Origin: Chloroflexi bacterium UBA5189
GTDB taxonomy: Bacteria; Chloroflexota; Limnocylindria; Limnocylindrales; CSP1-4
Direction of reading: 5' to 3'
DNA: 64,000 bases
NCBI GenBank assembly: GCA_002413045.1
Contig: DHWF01000051.1
Coordinates: 90,964 to 154,963, forward strand
Shown: piece after piece, positions 34,832 through 43,763 of the stretch
Layout of the letters: each line of letters starts with the position of its first letter
Position numbering within the stretch: position 1 is the stretch's first letter
Position numbers and translations under genes: made by a program
Notes under the pieces: generated by a model
The model's database searches: none
What the model was told of the DNA's origin: nothing
Seen by the model: the letters and a program-made list of their open reading frames with translations, nothing else

Positions 34832-35611
34832 ATGACACAGCTTCTGACCAAGATTGGCCACCGACCTGCATGGGTCGACCTCTCCAGCGCCGATCCGGCC
34901 CGCTCGCGGGACTTCTACTCGAAGCTTTTCGGCTGGCAGATCGACGTGAATCCAGATCCGAAGTTCGGCGGCTACGGTCGCGCGACCGTGCACGGCCGCG
35001 ATGCGGCTGGCATCACCCCGACGCAGGCGAAGGACCAGCCGACGGCGTGGAATTTCTACATCCACACCGGCGACGTGGACTCCACTGCCCGTGCCGTCGA
35101 GGCCGCCGGCGGCAAGGTCGAGATGGAGCCGACGGACATCCCGGACCAGGGCCGCATGGCGGTCTTCAAGGATCCGACCGGTGCTTTCATCTCCGTCTGG
35201 CAGCCGACCCGCATGGCCGGCTTCGAGGTGGATGGCCCCAATACGTTCGGCTGGGCTGAGCTCCAGGCGCGCGGCATCGAGAAGGCCGTGCCGTTCTACG
35301 AGCGGGTGTTCGGTTGGACGACGAAGCGGACGCCGGTCCCCGGCGGTTCTGACTACCTCGAGTTCCAGCTCGATGGAGAGAGCGTCGCCGGGGCGACCGA
35401 GATGAACCCGATGGTCGCGCCGTCGGTGCCCAACCACTGGCTGGTGTACTTCACGGTCGACGACGTCGGCGCGGCGGCCATGCGGGCCGTCACCCTCGGC
35501 GCTCGCGAGATCGTGGCGCCCCAGAACTACGGCGGCGGTGATTTCGCGATCCTCGCCGACCCGCAGGGTGCCGCGTTCGGTCTGTACAAGTCAGCCTCGA
35601 CCCAGCGCTGA
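34832..35611 (+). CDS. VOC family protein (two glyoxalase-like domains)
   Basis: Two repeats of the W.DL...D...S..FY..LFGW / F.DP.GA.F motif pattern. Confidence 0.85.
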   Translation: MTQLLTKIGHRPAWVDLSSADPARSRDFYSKLFGWQIDVNPDPKFGGYGRATVHGRDAAGITPTQAKDQPTAWNFYIHTGDVDSTARAVEAAGGKVEMEPTDIPDQGRMAVFKDPTGAFISVWQPTRMAGFEVDGPNTFGWAELQARGIEKAVPFYERVFGWTTKRTPVPGGSDYLEFQLDGESVAGATEMNPMVAPSVPNHWLVYFTVDDVGAAAMRAVTLGAREIVAPQNYGGGDFAILADPQGAAFGLYKSASTQR

Positions 35612-35681
35612 GCCGGGTCCGGCCGCTCAATCGACGCTCGAGCTGACCGCTCGCGCGTCGTTCGATTCCAGGCGCCTGCCG

Positions 35682-36629
35682 TCAGCTCTGTGTTGACCCA
35701 TGGACGGCGTCGAGGGTCCCCTTGCGTCGACGCTCGACATCGTCGAGGGTCGCGATGACGTCACGCCAGGCCTCGAGGAGCTGGCTCGCGTCCGAGGCGG
35801 CCGGGCTGGGCCGGCGCGAGGCGGCGTGCGCTGCCAGCATCGCCGTCCGCATCGCCGTGACTGTCGTCGTCGTGGTGGCCCGCATGAGCCAGATCAGCTC
35901 GAGGTTGCTCTGCTCGATCCGGCGAAGGGCGGCGTAGCCCTGGGTCGAGACGGAAAGCTGGAGCAGCAAATCGCGCCGCCGCTGCCTGGTCGCGTACAGG
36001 ACCTCGTTGCGGAGGCGCGTGGCCGCCGCGGGCGCAGTGACCGAGATCGCCTCGATCCGGTCGTCGAGCGCCTCGTCGATCCGCGCGGCGATGGCGGCGC
36101 ACTCGCGGATCGCCCGGATCTGGGTCCAGAGGGCGCGTTCCTGCTGGTTCAACACGCCGTTGTCGACGTCGAGCACCTCGCGCTCGGCATCGATCGCGCC
36201 GACGAGCTCGCGGATCCGCTCCTCGACGTCCTCGGTCGCGCGGGCGACCTCCTCGGCAGACCGCGATCGGTCCTTCGCGAGGCGCACGAGCCGTTCCGCG
36301 ATCCGGCGCAGCTCGCGCTGGCTCGCCGCGAGCGGCCACCGATCCGCCAGCTCGTGCTCCAGGGTCCGCACGGGCTGATCGCCGAAGCGCGACGCAATGG
36401 CGGTGGTCGTGCGGATCTCGCGCTCGCCGAGCTGCTCGACGGACGTCAGCGCGCGCCGGTAGGTCGCCGAGTCCGGGTCGGCGTCGACGACGGACGCGAC
36501 GAACCGCGCGGCGATGCCGTCGATGCGCTCGGCCTGGTCGGACTCGAGCGAGTCGTCGGGTTCGAGCGCGAGCTCCGCGTCCGACTGATCGGCGTCGGCA
36601 TCCTCCGCGCCGGGACGACGCGTCGTCAG
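35682..36629 (-). CDS. toxic anion resistance (TelA) family protein; start codon unresolved
   Basis: TelA-like sequence across the whole frame (IDGIAARFVASVVDADPDSATYRRALTSVEQLGEREIR...; NQQERALWTQIRAIRECAAIAARIDEAL). The first canonical start is GTG 36371, but high-GC3 homologous codons extend up to the flotillin stop. Confidence 0.65.
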   Translation of the reverse strand: MTTRRPGAEDADADQSDAELALEPDDSLESDQAERIDGIAARFVASVVDADPDSATYRRALTSVEQLGEREIRTTTAIASRFGDQPVRTLEHELADRWPLAASQRELRRIAERLVRLAKDRSRSAEEVARATEDVEERIRELVGAIDAEREVLDVDNGVLNQQERALWTQIRAIRECAAIAARIDEALDDRIEAISVTAPAAATRLRNEVLYATRQRRRDLLLQLSVSTQGYAALRRIEQSNLELIWLMRATTTTTVTAMRTAMLAAHAASRRPSPAASDASQLLEAWRDVIATLDDVERRRKGTLDAVHGSTQS

Positions 36630-38152
36630 GCCGAGGCCCCGCCGCCGGCCTTGCCCGACGACGACTCGCTCGAGCTCGGCTTCGACCGCCCGGCCGGTCG
36701 CGAGGCTGCCGCGCCTGCCTTCACGGGTTCGACCGCGGGCGCGCTCTTACCGTTCGATTCGCTGACATGGCTGCGCGGCCCGATTGCCGGCATGAGGGAC
36801 TCGCGCGCCATCGTCGTGAGGGCGCCCGCTTGCTGGATGATCTGGGCCAGGGCGCCGGTGACGCCCTCGGCGCCGTTGAGGACCGTGAACGAGCCGACGT
36901 GCTCGAACGGCGACGCCGCCGCCGCCACGATCGCCGGCAGGTTCTCGGCGATCTGCTGGGCGATGACGGCTTCCTGGTTCTGGCTCAATGCGGCGGCTCG
37001 GCGCTCGATGCCGGCCGCCTCGGCCTCCATCCGCGCTCGAATGGCGTCCGCCTCTGCGAGGCCGCGGGCGCGGATCGCGTCCGCCTCTGCCTGCCCATTG
37101 ATGCGGGTGGCGCCGGCCTGCGCCTCAGCCTGGATCTTCGTGGCGGCTGCCTGGGCTTCCGCGTTCAGGCGGACCTGCTGCGCCGCGGCCTCCGCTGCGC
37201 GAATCGCGACGTCGCGGCCGGCCGTGGCGAGCGTCGTCTGCTTGTACGCCTCCGCGTCGGCAGGGCGCCGCACGTCGACCTGGAGCTGCTGCTCCTTCTG
37301 CTCCGCCTGGAGCTCGGCGACCTTGGTCTCCTCCTGGACGACCGCCTGGCGCGCGGTCGCCTGGGCGAGTGGGCCCTGCTGGCCGGCGTTCTGGTTTGCC
37401 CGGTCGATCTCGGCCTGGAAGCCGGCCTTCTTGATCTCCGTGTCGCGCACGGACGACGCGATCTGCGCCGCCGCGGTCTGCTCCTGGGCGACGGCGTCGC
37501 GATCGGCGGTGGCGCGCGCGATGCGGGCGTTGCGCTCGACCTCGGCCTGATGCGGAACCGCGAGATTCTCGATGTAGCTGGAGGGGCTCGTGACCTCCTG
37601 GATCTGGAACGAGTCGATGACGAGCCCGAACGACTCCATCTCCTGGCTGCAGCGGTCGCGGACCTGCTGGGCGAACTTGTCCTGGTCGCTGATCATCTCC
37701 TCGACGGTCAGCGAGCCGGCGATACCGCGAAGGTGGCCGACGAAGACGTTCTGGACCTTCGACTCGAGCTCGGCGGCGGGCCGGTCGAGGAAGCGCCGGG
37801 CGGCGTTGGCGATCGACGGGAAGTCGTCACCGACCTTGTAGACGACGACGCCGCGCAGATCGAGCTTTATCTTCTGCTGGCTGACGCACGGCACCTGGAT
37901 CTCGCTCTCGTGGGCCTCGAGCGAGAGGGTTCTGACCTTGGTGACGCCCGGCACGACGAGCGCGCCTCGCCCGGTCACGATCCGGAAGCCCATCTTGCCG
38001 CCGGGCCCATCGAGGGCGCCGCGGGAGCGGAAGCCGGAGATGATGAGGGCCTCGTCCGGCTCGGCGATCCGCCAGCTCATGCGGAACAGCACGACGAGAA
38101 CCACGAGGACGGCAACGACGATGCCGATGATCACGAACACCGCGATGTCCAT
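36626..38152 (-). CDS. flotillin family protein (SPFH/band 7)
   Basis: N-terminal TM helix, SPFH domain, long A/E/Q-rich coiled coil (AEADAIRARGLAEADAIRARMEAEAAG), low-complexity tail. Confidence 0.9.
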   Translation of the reverse strand: MDIAVFVIIGIVVAVLVVLVVLFRMSWRIAEPDEALIISGFRSRGALDGPGGKMGFRIVTGRGALVVPGVTKVRTLSLEAHESEIQVPCVSQQKIKLDLRGVVVYKVGDDFPSIANAARRFLDRPAAELESKVQNVFVGHLRGIAGSLTVEEMISDQDKFAQQVRDRCSQEMESFGLVIDSFQIQEVTSPSSYIENLAVPHQAEVERNARIARATADRDAVAQEQTAAAQIASSVRDTEIKKAGFQAEIDRANQNAGQQGPLAQATARQAVVQEETKVAELQAEQKEQQLQVDVRRPADAEAYKQTTLATAGRDVAIRAAEAAAQQVRLNAEAQAAATKIQAEAQAGATRINGQAEADAIRARGLAEADAIRARMEAEAAGIERRAAALSQNQEAVIAQQIAENLPAIVAAAASPFEHVGSFTVLNGAEGVTGALAQIIQQAGALTTMARESLMPAIGPRSHVSESNGKSAPAVEPVKAGAAASRPAGRSKPSSSESSSGKAGGGASA

Positions 38153-38377
38153 CTAGGGAAGCCTCAGGCTATCGGTCGGCTCCACTTCGACGGTGCGCGC
38201 CCCCAGGGAGCCAACCACGATCACCTGGGCGTGTTTTGGAATCGATAGGGTCGCGTCGCTCGAGCGTGCCAGGAAGCGTTCGCTCCCCTGCCGGACTTCG
38301 ATCAGGACCTCACCGAGATGTCCCGGGGTGATCGCTGCCGTCACCCGCCCGAGCTTGCCCACGACGTCTGCCGCCAC
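38153..38377 (-). CDS. NfeD-like OB-fold protein (soluble C-terminal domain only)
   Basis: GKLGRVTAAITPGHLGEVLIEVRQGSERFLARSSD..IPKHAQVIVV. Its TAG stop abuts the flotillin ATG. GGAGG lies before the GTG. Confidence 0.65.
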   Translation of the reverse strand: MAADVVGKLGRVTAAITPGHLGEVLIEVRQGSERFLARSSDATLSIPKHAQVIVVGSLGARTVEVEPTDSLRLP

Positions 38378-38492
38378 GGTCCTCCCTCACCCCGTCGACT
38401 GCCACGACGTGACCATCAATGATAGGCCGGTCGACAAGGAGGGTACGCGCGAGCGACAGGCGCCGGCATACCCAGGGCCGTATCGTGGCGGA

Positions 38493-38990
38493 ATGCCGGG
38501 CGAATCGTTCTTCCTGGTCTTCGGGGGGCTTGGGGTGTCGCTGGCTGGTTTCGCTGGCCTGATCAATGCGCTCGATCGGTCGCCGGAGCGCAGGTCGCCC
38601 CTGACCGCCTACCGGATTCGAACCATCGTCCTCCTCGGCTTCTCGCTCACGATCACGGGCCTGGGAACGATCGCCACGTACACCGCGACAGGCGGCGACC
38701 TGGCGGTGGCGATTCGCATTGGGACCCTGTCCCGTGTCGCGGTGCTCGTGTCCGGGCTTGCAACCGACCTGCGGCCCGGGCCCGCATGGCCCAACGAACG
38801 AGAGCGACGGTTCGCGAACCTCATCGGGGTCACGATGCTCCTGATCACCCTTGGGAACGTCGTCGTCGCGAGCCTCGGATACCTCGAGCTGATCATGCTC
38901 ATGAGCCTGACCGGGCCCGTCACGATCTTCTACAACACGATCCGCGCCGCCACTGGCCCGGAAACCGATCCCGAACCGACGCTCCGGTGA
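38493..38990 (+). CDS. small integral membrane protein, unknown function
   Basis: ATG 38493. About 5 hydrophobic helices. Stop overlaps the next gene's start (GTGA). Confidence 0.6.
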   Translation: MPGESFFLVFGGLGVSLAGFAGLINALDRSPERRSPLTAYRIRTIVLLGFSLTITGLGTIATYTATGGDLAVAIRIGTLSRVAVLVSGLATDLRPGPAWPNERERRFANLIGVTMLLITLGNVVVASLGYLELIMLMSLTGPVTIFYNTIRAATGPETDPEPTLR

Positions 38991-39580
38991 CCACGACACG
39001 TGTTGCCTGGCGCCGATCCGACGAGATCGAGGCCGACGAGTTCTGCACGCTGAGCGTCCGCGGCGGCGGGCTGTCGCTGGTCGGGACGATCCTCGGCGCG
39101 GAGGGCGGCCAGCCGATCCGGATCGAGTACCGCGTGCTCGCCGACGCCAAGGGCTTCACGACCGCCGTCCACGTGCGGCAGCTCGTCGGGTTCGATCAGC
39201 GCGCGATCGCGCTCCTCCGCGACGCCAAGGGCAACTGGACGGTTGACGGCCAGCGCGTCGCAGGGCTTCGGGGCTGCTCCGATGTCGACCTCGGGTGCAG
39301 CCCGTCGACGAACACGCTGCCGATCCGCCGCCTGCGTTTGGGCGTTGGCGCGTCACGGACGATCTCCGCCGCGTGGGTCCTCTTCCCGGACCTGCGCGTC
39401 GAGAAGGCCGCCCAGACCTACAAGCGGCTCGATGAAAGCACGTACCGATACTCGAGCGGCACGTTCGAAGCGGACCTCACCGTCGACGACGACGGGCTCG
39501 TGACCTCGTACGCGGAGTGGCGGCGCACCGCCTACTCCCTCGGCCCGGACGACTCCGCGCCGCTCGACGCCGTCCCATAG
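38987..39580 (+). CDS. putative glycolipid-binding domain protein
   Basis: GCSDVDLGCSPSTNTLPIRRL...AAWVLFPDLRVEKAAQTYKRL..STYRYSSG.FEADLTVDDDGLV, characteristic of the PF06475-type family. Confidence 0.7.
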   Translation: MTTTRVAWRRSDEIEADEFCTLSVRGGGLSLVGTILGAEGGQPIRIEYRVLADAKGFTTAVHVRQLVGFDQRAIALLRDAKGNWTVDGQRVAGLRGCSDVDLGCSPSTNTLPIRRLRLGVGASRTISAAWVLFPDLRVEKAAQTYKRLDESTYRYSSGTFEADLTVDDDGLVTSYAEWRRTAYSLGPDDSAPLDAVP

Positions 39581-39910
39581 CGTCGGCGCACACGTCCCGG
39601 CGCTGGTGGATCTCGTGGACGATGCCGAACTAACACCCGGGGGTCGGTATGCACCAATTCCACGTGTGATCCGAGCATGCTGAGACAGCGGCGCATGCCG
39701 ATCCGAGCGTGGATGGTGGTGGATTTGGGACATCTGCGCCCAGTCGATCCCGATCCGTGCGACCTTACGACCCGGGGGTGGTAGTTAGGCAGGAAGAGCG
39801 GCCAGCGGCCGGTGCGCGAGCCGCGTCGAAGCACATCTCCTCGCGCTGGGTGGCCTATTCGCGGCCTCGTACTCGATACGTGACGTGCGTGGCGCAGGGT
39901 GACGAGTTGG

Positions 39911-40582
39911 TCATGCCGAGAGGTCCTTGTCCTCCATCTCCCAGGCGTGGTCGAGCGTGTGGAAGGCCGAGTGCCGGATGAGGAACGGCAGGGTCCACGA
40001 GCGCATCTTCTTCGCGACCTTGCCGGCGTTGTAGTCGCGGATTGCCTTGACGTAGGTCTCGCGGTGCTGTCGGAGTTCGTCAAGCGTGAGCGCCGGGTCG
40101 TCCTCGAGCAGCACGCCGACCTGCTTCGCAAAGTCAAGGCGCTCGACGCGGAGCACATGGCGGATGATGTGATCGCGGTCGCGCCCGCCACCGCGCGGGC
40201 CGGCCCGCATTTCAGGAGTCACTCGCGCAGCCACCGCATCGAAGTAGGCCCAGGCCGCCTTCAGAAGCTTGATCCGACGCTCGAGGTCTTCCGCCTCGAG
40301 CTGACTGTGCTCGGTCGAGGAGGGCGAGAACGAGATGCCCCAGAAGTCCGTCGAGCCCGTGCCGACGCGGTTCTCCACGATCTCCAGCGGGCCCGCGGCG
40401 TCGAACTCACTGGCCAACCCGGCGAGCTGCGCGATGGGCCGGTAGCGCGGTCGATACGCCTCGAGCGTCGTCAGGGCGACCTCGGCGCTCTTCGCCCCGC
40501 GGTTCCAGCCAGGCCAGTCGAGGCTGAACGCAACGGATCGTTTGTCCCTGGTCCCGTGCTCGACGACCGTGCGAACAGGCAT
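39911..40582 (-). CDS. hypothetical protein, DinB-like C-terminal helical region
   Basis: ATG start, good GC3. C-terminal HSAFHTLDHAWEME resembles the DinB His motif. No further assignment. Confidence 0.6.
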   Translation of the reverse strand: MPVRTVVEHGTRDKRSVAFSLDWPGWNRGAKSAEVALTTLEAYRPRYRPIAQLAGLASEFDAAGPLEIVENRVGTGSTDFWGISFSPSSTEHSQLEAEDLERRIKLLKAAWAYFDAVAARVTPEMRAGPRGGGRDRDHIIRHVLRVERLDFAKQVGVLLEDDPALTLDELRQHRETYVKAIRDYNAGKVAKKMRSWTLPFLIRHSAFHTLDHAWEMEDKDLSA

Positions 40583-40594
40583 GTCGCGAGCGTA

Positions 40595-41089
40595 CTACCG
40601 GGCGGCGACGGCCTCGCCCGCGTAGGCGCGCTCGAGCTGGGCGATGTCGAGCTTGTGCATGCCGAGCATCGCCTGCATCGCGCGCTCGGCCGCGGCTCGG
40701 TCCGGGCTTACGAGCATCTCGGTCAGGCGCCGCGGCACGACCTGCCACGACAGCCCGAACCGATCCTTGAGCCAGCCGCAAACACCCGGCTCGCCGCCGC
40801 TGTCGGACAGGGCGCTCCAGTACCGATCGACCTCGGCCTGGTCCTCGCAATCGATGGAGAGCGAGATGGCCTCGGTGAATTTGAAGTCCGGCCCGCCGTT
40901 GAGGCCGATATAGGAACGACCCGCGAGCGTGAACTCGACCGTGATCACCGAGTCCTTCGGCCCGCTCGGGGTATCGGCCGGCGATCGATCCACCGACACG
41001 ATCCGGCTGTTCGGGATCAGCGACGTGTACAGCCGCGCGGCCTCCTCGGCCGTGCCGTCGAACCACAGACAGGGCGAGATCTTGTCCAT
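40595..41089 (-). CDS. VOC family protein (PhnB / 3-demethylubiquinone-9 methyltransferase-domain like)
   Basis: MDKISPCLWFDGTAEEAARLYTSLIPNS...FGLSWQVVP. Confidence 0.8.
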   Translation of the reverse strand: MDKISPCLWFDGTAEEAARLYTSLIPNSRIVSVDRSPADTPSGPKDSVITVEFTLAGRSYIGLNGGPDFKFTEAISLSIDCEDQAEVDRYWSALSDSGGEPGVCGWLKDRFGLSWQVVPRRLTEMLVSPDRAAAERAMQAMLGMHKLDIAQLERAYAGEAVAAR

Positions 41090-41167
41090 CGTGGACCTCC
41101 TGCGTTGTGCTGCCTCCACCCTACCCCGCCGGGTTGCCTTCTGGCTTGCAGCGGCGTTACAGGTGGA

Positions 41168-41890
41168 TCAGTCGCTGCCGCGGACCTCGTAGGTGGCGAG
41201 GCGATAGGACGCGATCGCGAGCGCGGCGACCAGCGCGATCGCGGCGTACGGCACCGCGGCGTTGCCGACGACCGAGTCGATGACGCTCGGCGACACGAGG
41301 TGGACGATGCCGCGCACGTACTCGCGGACGCTGAAGACCTGGGTGCCGGGCAGCAGGCCGGCGAGCAGGCCCTCCCAGATCAACGCGTAGCCGAGCCCGA
41401 GCAGGAGCCCGCGGCTGGTGAGGATGCTCAGGGCCGCGAAGATCGAGGCGTACAGGTATGAGCCAGCGAAGACCCCGATGCCGAGCGAGACCGTGATCCC
41501 GACGACGTCGGCGCCGGGTTCGGCAAGCAGGATGGCCGTCACGATCGTCGATGGCACGGTGAGCGCCGCCGTCAGCGTGCCGGCCACGGCGACCTTGGCG
41601 AGGACGATCGTCGTGCGGCTGATCGGCTTGGTGAGCAGGTGGACCGCGCTGCCGTCCTCCAGCTCCGAGCCGAGCGCGGCGGTCCCGAACACGAGCGCCA
41701 CGAGCGGAAGGATGATCCGAACGACGAGGCCGTCCAGCGTCGGGCCGACCTCGGCGATCCCGTCCGAGTTCGCCCGCACCAGCAGCCCGACGAGGATCGG
41801 GACTCCGGCCAGCAGCAGCATGAGGACGGTCCGTCGCCGGCCGACGAGCGCTCGCAGCGTGACCCGCGCGACCTCGGGGAAGATCGTCAT
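41168..41890 (-). CDS. ABC-2 type transporter permease
   Basis: Six hydrophobic helices. 4-nt overlap with the upstream ATPase gene. Confidence 0.75.
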   Translation of the reverse strand: MTIFPEVARVTLRALVGRRRTVLMLLLAGVPILVGLLVRANSDGIAEVGPTLDGLVVRIILPLVALVFGTAALGSELEDGSAVHLLTKPISRTTIVLAKVAVAGTLTAALTVPSTIVTAILLAEPGADVVGITVSLGIGVFAGSYLYASIFAALSILTSRGLLLGLGYALIWEGLLAGLLPGTQVFSVREYVRGIVHLVSPSVIDSVVGNAAVPYAAIALVAALAIASYRLATYEVRGSD

Positions 41891-42822
41891 CGGCGGCTCG
41901 TCAGGTACGCGAAGACGCTCTCGAGGGAATCGTCGGTCGGGGCGACCTCATAGAGCGTCACCGCAGCGTCGCGGGCGACCCGGGCGACGATCCGGGTGAA
42001 GCCGCTGAACTCGGCGACGCGCACGTTCAGGCGGCCGTCCTGGAGCTCGGCGCCGAAGACGGCCGGCTCGGCCAGGAACGCGGCAGCCAGGCGCCGGTTG
42101 TCCGACGACCGGACGACGAACGTGTGCGGTCGATCGGTCATGAGCCGGCGAATCTGGCGGTAGTCGCCCGCGGCGGCGAGGCGGCCGGCGTTGATGACGA
42201 GCACCTGCTCGGCCAGCCGCTCGACCTCTTCGAGGATGTGCGAGGAGAACAGGATCGCCCGACCCTGGGCGGCCATCGACCGCAGCAGCTCGATCATGTG
42301 CAGGCGCTGGCGCGGGTCCATGCCGTTGAACGGCTCGTCGAGCAGCAGGATCGTCGGATCGTGGACGAGGGCGCCGGCGATCTTGACCCGCTGGCGCATC
42401 CCCTTCGAATAGGTGCCGATCGCGCGCCCGGCGGCGGGCTCGAGATCCACCGTCGCGATCGCGCGCGCGGCTGCGGCTGCGGGATCCGGGAGCCGCTGGA
42501 GCTTCGCGCACATCTCCACGAACTCGCGACCGGTGAGGAAGTCGTACACGGCCTCCCGCTCCGGCACGAGCCCCACGAACCGATACACGGCGGGATTGCG
42601 CCACGCCGGCTGGCCGCCGAGCAGCACCCGGCCCGCGGATGGCCGCAGCAGCCCGGCCAGCATGTGCAGGATCGTCGTCTTGCCGGCGCCGTTTGGGCCG
42701 AGCAGGCTCGTGATCCCCGCGCCGACGCTGAACGAAACGTCGTTGACCGCCACCACGTTGCCGTACCAGCGCGACGCGCGCTCGAGCACGATGGCCGCCG
42801 GGGGTCCTGCGGGCGCCGTCAT
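41887..42822 (-). CDS. ABC transporter ATP-binding protein
   Basis: GPNGAGKTT, YSKGMRQRVKIAGAL, LLLDEPFNGMDP. Confidence 0.9.
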   Translation of the reverse strand: MTAPAGPPAAIVLERASRWYGNVVAVNDVSFSVGAGITSLLGPNGAGKTTILHMLAGLLRPSAGRVLLGGQPAWRNPAVYRFVGLVPEREAVYDFLTGREFVEMCAKLQRLPDPAAAAARAIATVDLEPAAGRAIGTYSKGMRQRVKIAGALVHDPTILLLDEPFNGMDPRQRLHMIELLRSMAAQGRAILFSSHILEEVERLAEQVLVINAGRLAAAGDYRQIRRLMTDRPHTFVVRSSDNRRLAAAFLAEPAVFGAELQDGRLNVRVAEFSGFTRIVARVARDAAVTLYEVAPTDDSLESVFAYLTSRR

Positions 42823-43763
42823 GCGGTGAGGCCCTTGAACCGGCGGATCGTGATCGCGATCGATCCGGCGATGCCGCCCGCGGCGGTCACGAGGAACGCG
42901 ATGTCCGGAACCGCATCGAGGTAGCCCTGGAACTGCCCGATCCGTGGCGTGTCGAAGAGGAACGCGTTGGTGCCGTCGAGGACCGACGTGGGGCTGAGGA
43001 GGACGAGCCAGCGCCCGACGTCGGCCGATCCGAGACCGACCACGATGCCCGCGACGATGCTCGGAATGATGAACAGCGCGATGATCCCGGCCACGGCGTA
43101 GGCGCGGCGCGGCGTGAACGCCGAGACCGCCATCGAGAGGCCGCCAAGGAGCCCGGCCGTCAAGGCGGCCTGCGCGATCGCGGCGGCCATCGGATGCAGG
43201 TTGTCGATCATCCCCTGCAGGACGTCCGTGGCGAGCAACGCCTGGCCCACGAACAGCAGGACCTGGGGCAGCATCTGCAGGATGAAGATCGCGACGGCGA
43301 AGCCGGCCATCCGGGCCAGCACGTAGTCCTCACGCCGCAGCGCCCGCGAGAAGTACAGGCTCAGCAGCGAGTGCCGCTGGTCGCGGCCGAACAGGTCCGG
43401 CGCCTGGGCTGCGCAGAACAGGACCACGAAGATCCCGATCGTGCTGGCGTACGTGTCGAAGCGGACCGGCAGCTGGCCCTCGAAGCCCTGGCCGCCGGGG
43501 ATCTGGCGGATCAGCGCCTGTGCGGCCACGATGGCAAGCGCCGGGATGCACACGAGGACTCCGAGCGTGATCGGCGCGATCTTGGCCCTCCCACCGCGAC
43601 CGATGCCGAACGACGACCGGAGCGAGTGGCTGAACAGCGACCGGATCGCATGCGCGCGCCCGAGCCGCGGGCCCTCGTACTTGCGGTAGCCGATGTCGTA
43701 GATCGAGCCGGTCTCGGCCGCGGGTGTGGCGGCGATCACAGGAACCGTCGCGTCGGCGGTCAT
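42819..43763 (-). CDS. ABC-2 type transporter permease
   Basis: Multi-TM protein, translationally coupled on both sides. Confidence 0.75.
   Translation of the reverse strand: MTADATVPVIAATPAAETGSIYDIGYRKYEGPRLGRAHAIRSLFSHSLRSSFGIGRGGRAKIAPITLGVLVCIPALAIVAAQALIRQIPGGQGFEGQLPVRFDTYASTIGIFVVLFCAAQAPDLFGRDQRHSLLSLYFSRALRREDYVLARMAGFAVAIFILQMLPQVLLFVGQALLATDVLQGMIDNLHPMAAAIAQAALTAGLLGGLSMAVSAFTPRRAYAVAGIIALFIIPSIVAGIVVGLGSADVGRWLVLLSPTSVLDGTNAFLFDTPRIGQFQGYLDAVPDIAFLVTAAGGIAGSIAITIRRFKGLTA

Noticed and set aside
35650-35675. GTTCGATTCC, a tRNA T-loop-like string
   Set aside because: The flanking bases cannot form a T-stem, and no acceptor or anticodon arms can be drawn. No tRNA is supported anywhere in the window.
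39581-39910. A 330-nt lower-GC gap as a possible mobile-element remnant. One minus-strand frame reads RKVARIGIDWAQMSQIHH, reminiscent of the GIDWA...H start of IS110-type transposases. Another has VELVHTDP, reminiscent of the rve HTDNG motif.
   Set aside because: The matches are only about 5-8 residues, in different frames and in the wrong order for one protein. I found no inverted repeats or target duplications. A tBLASTx against IS databases would be needed.
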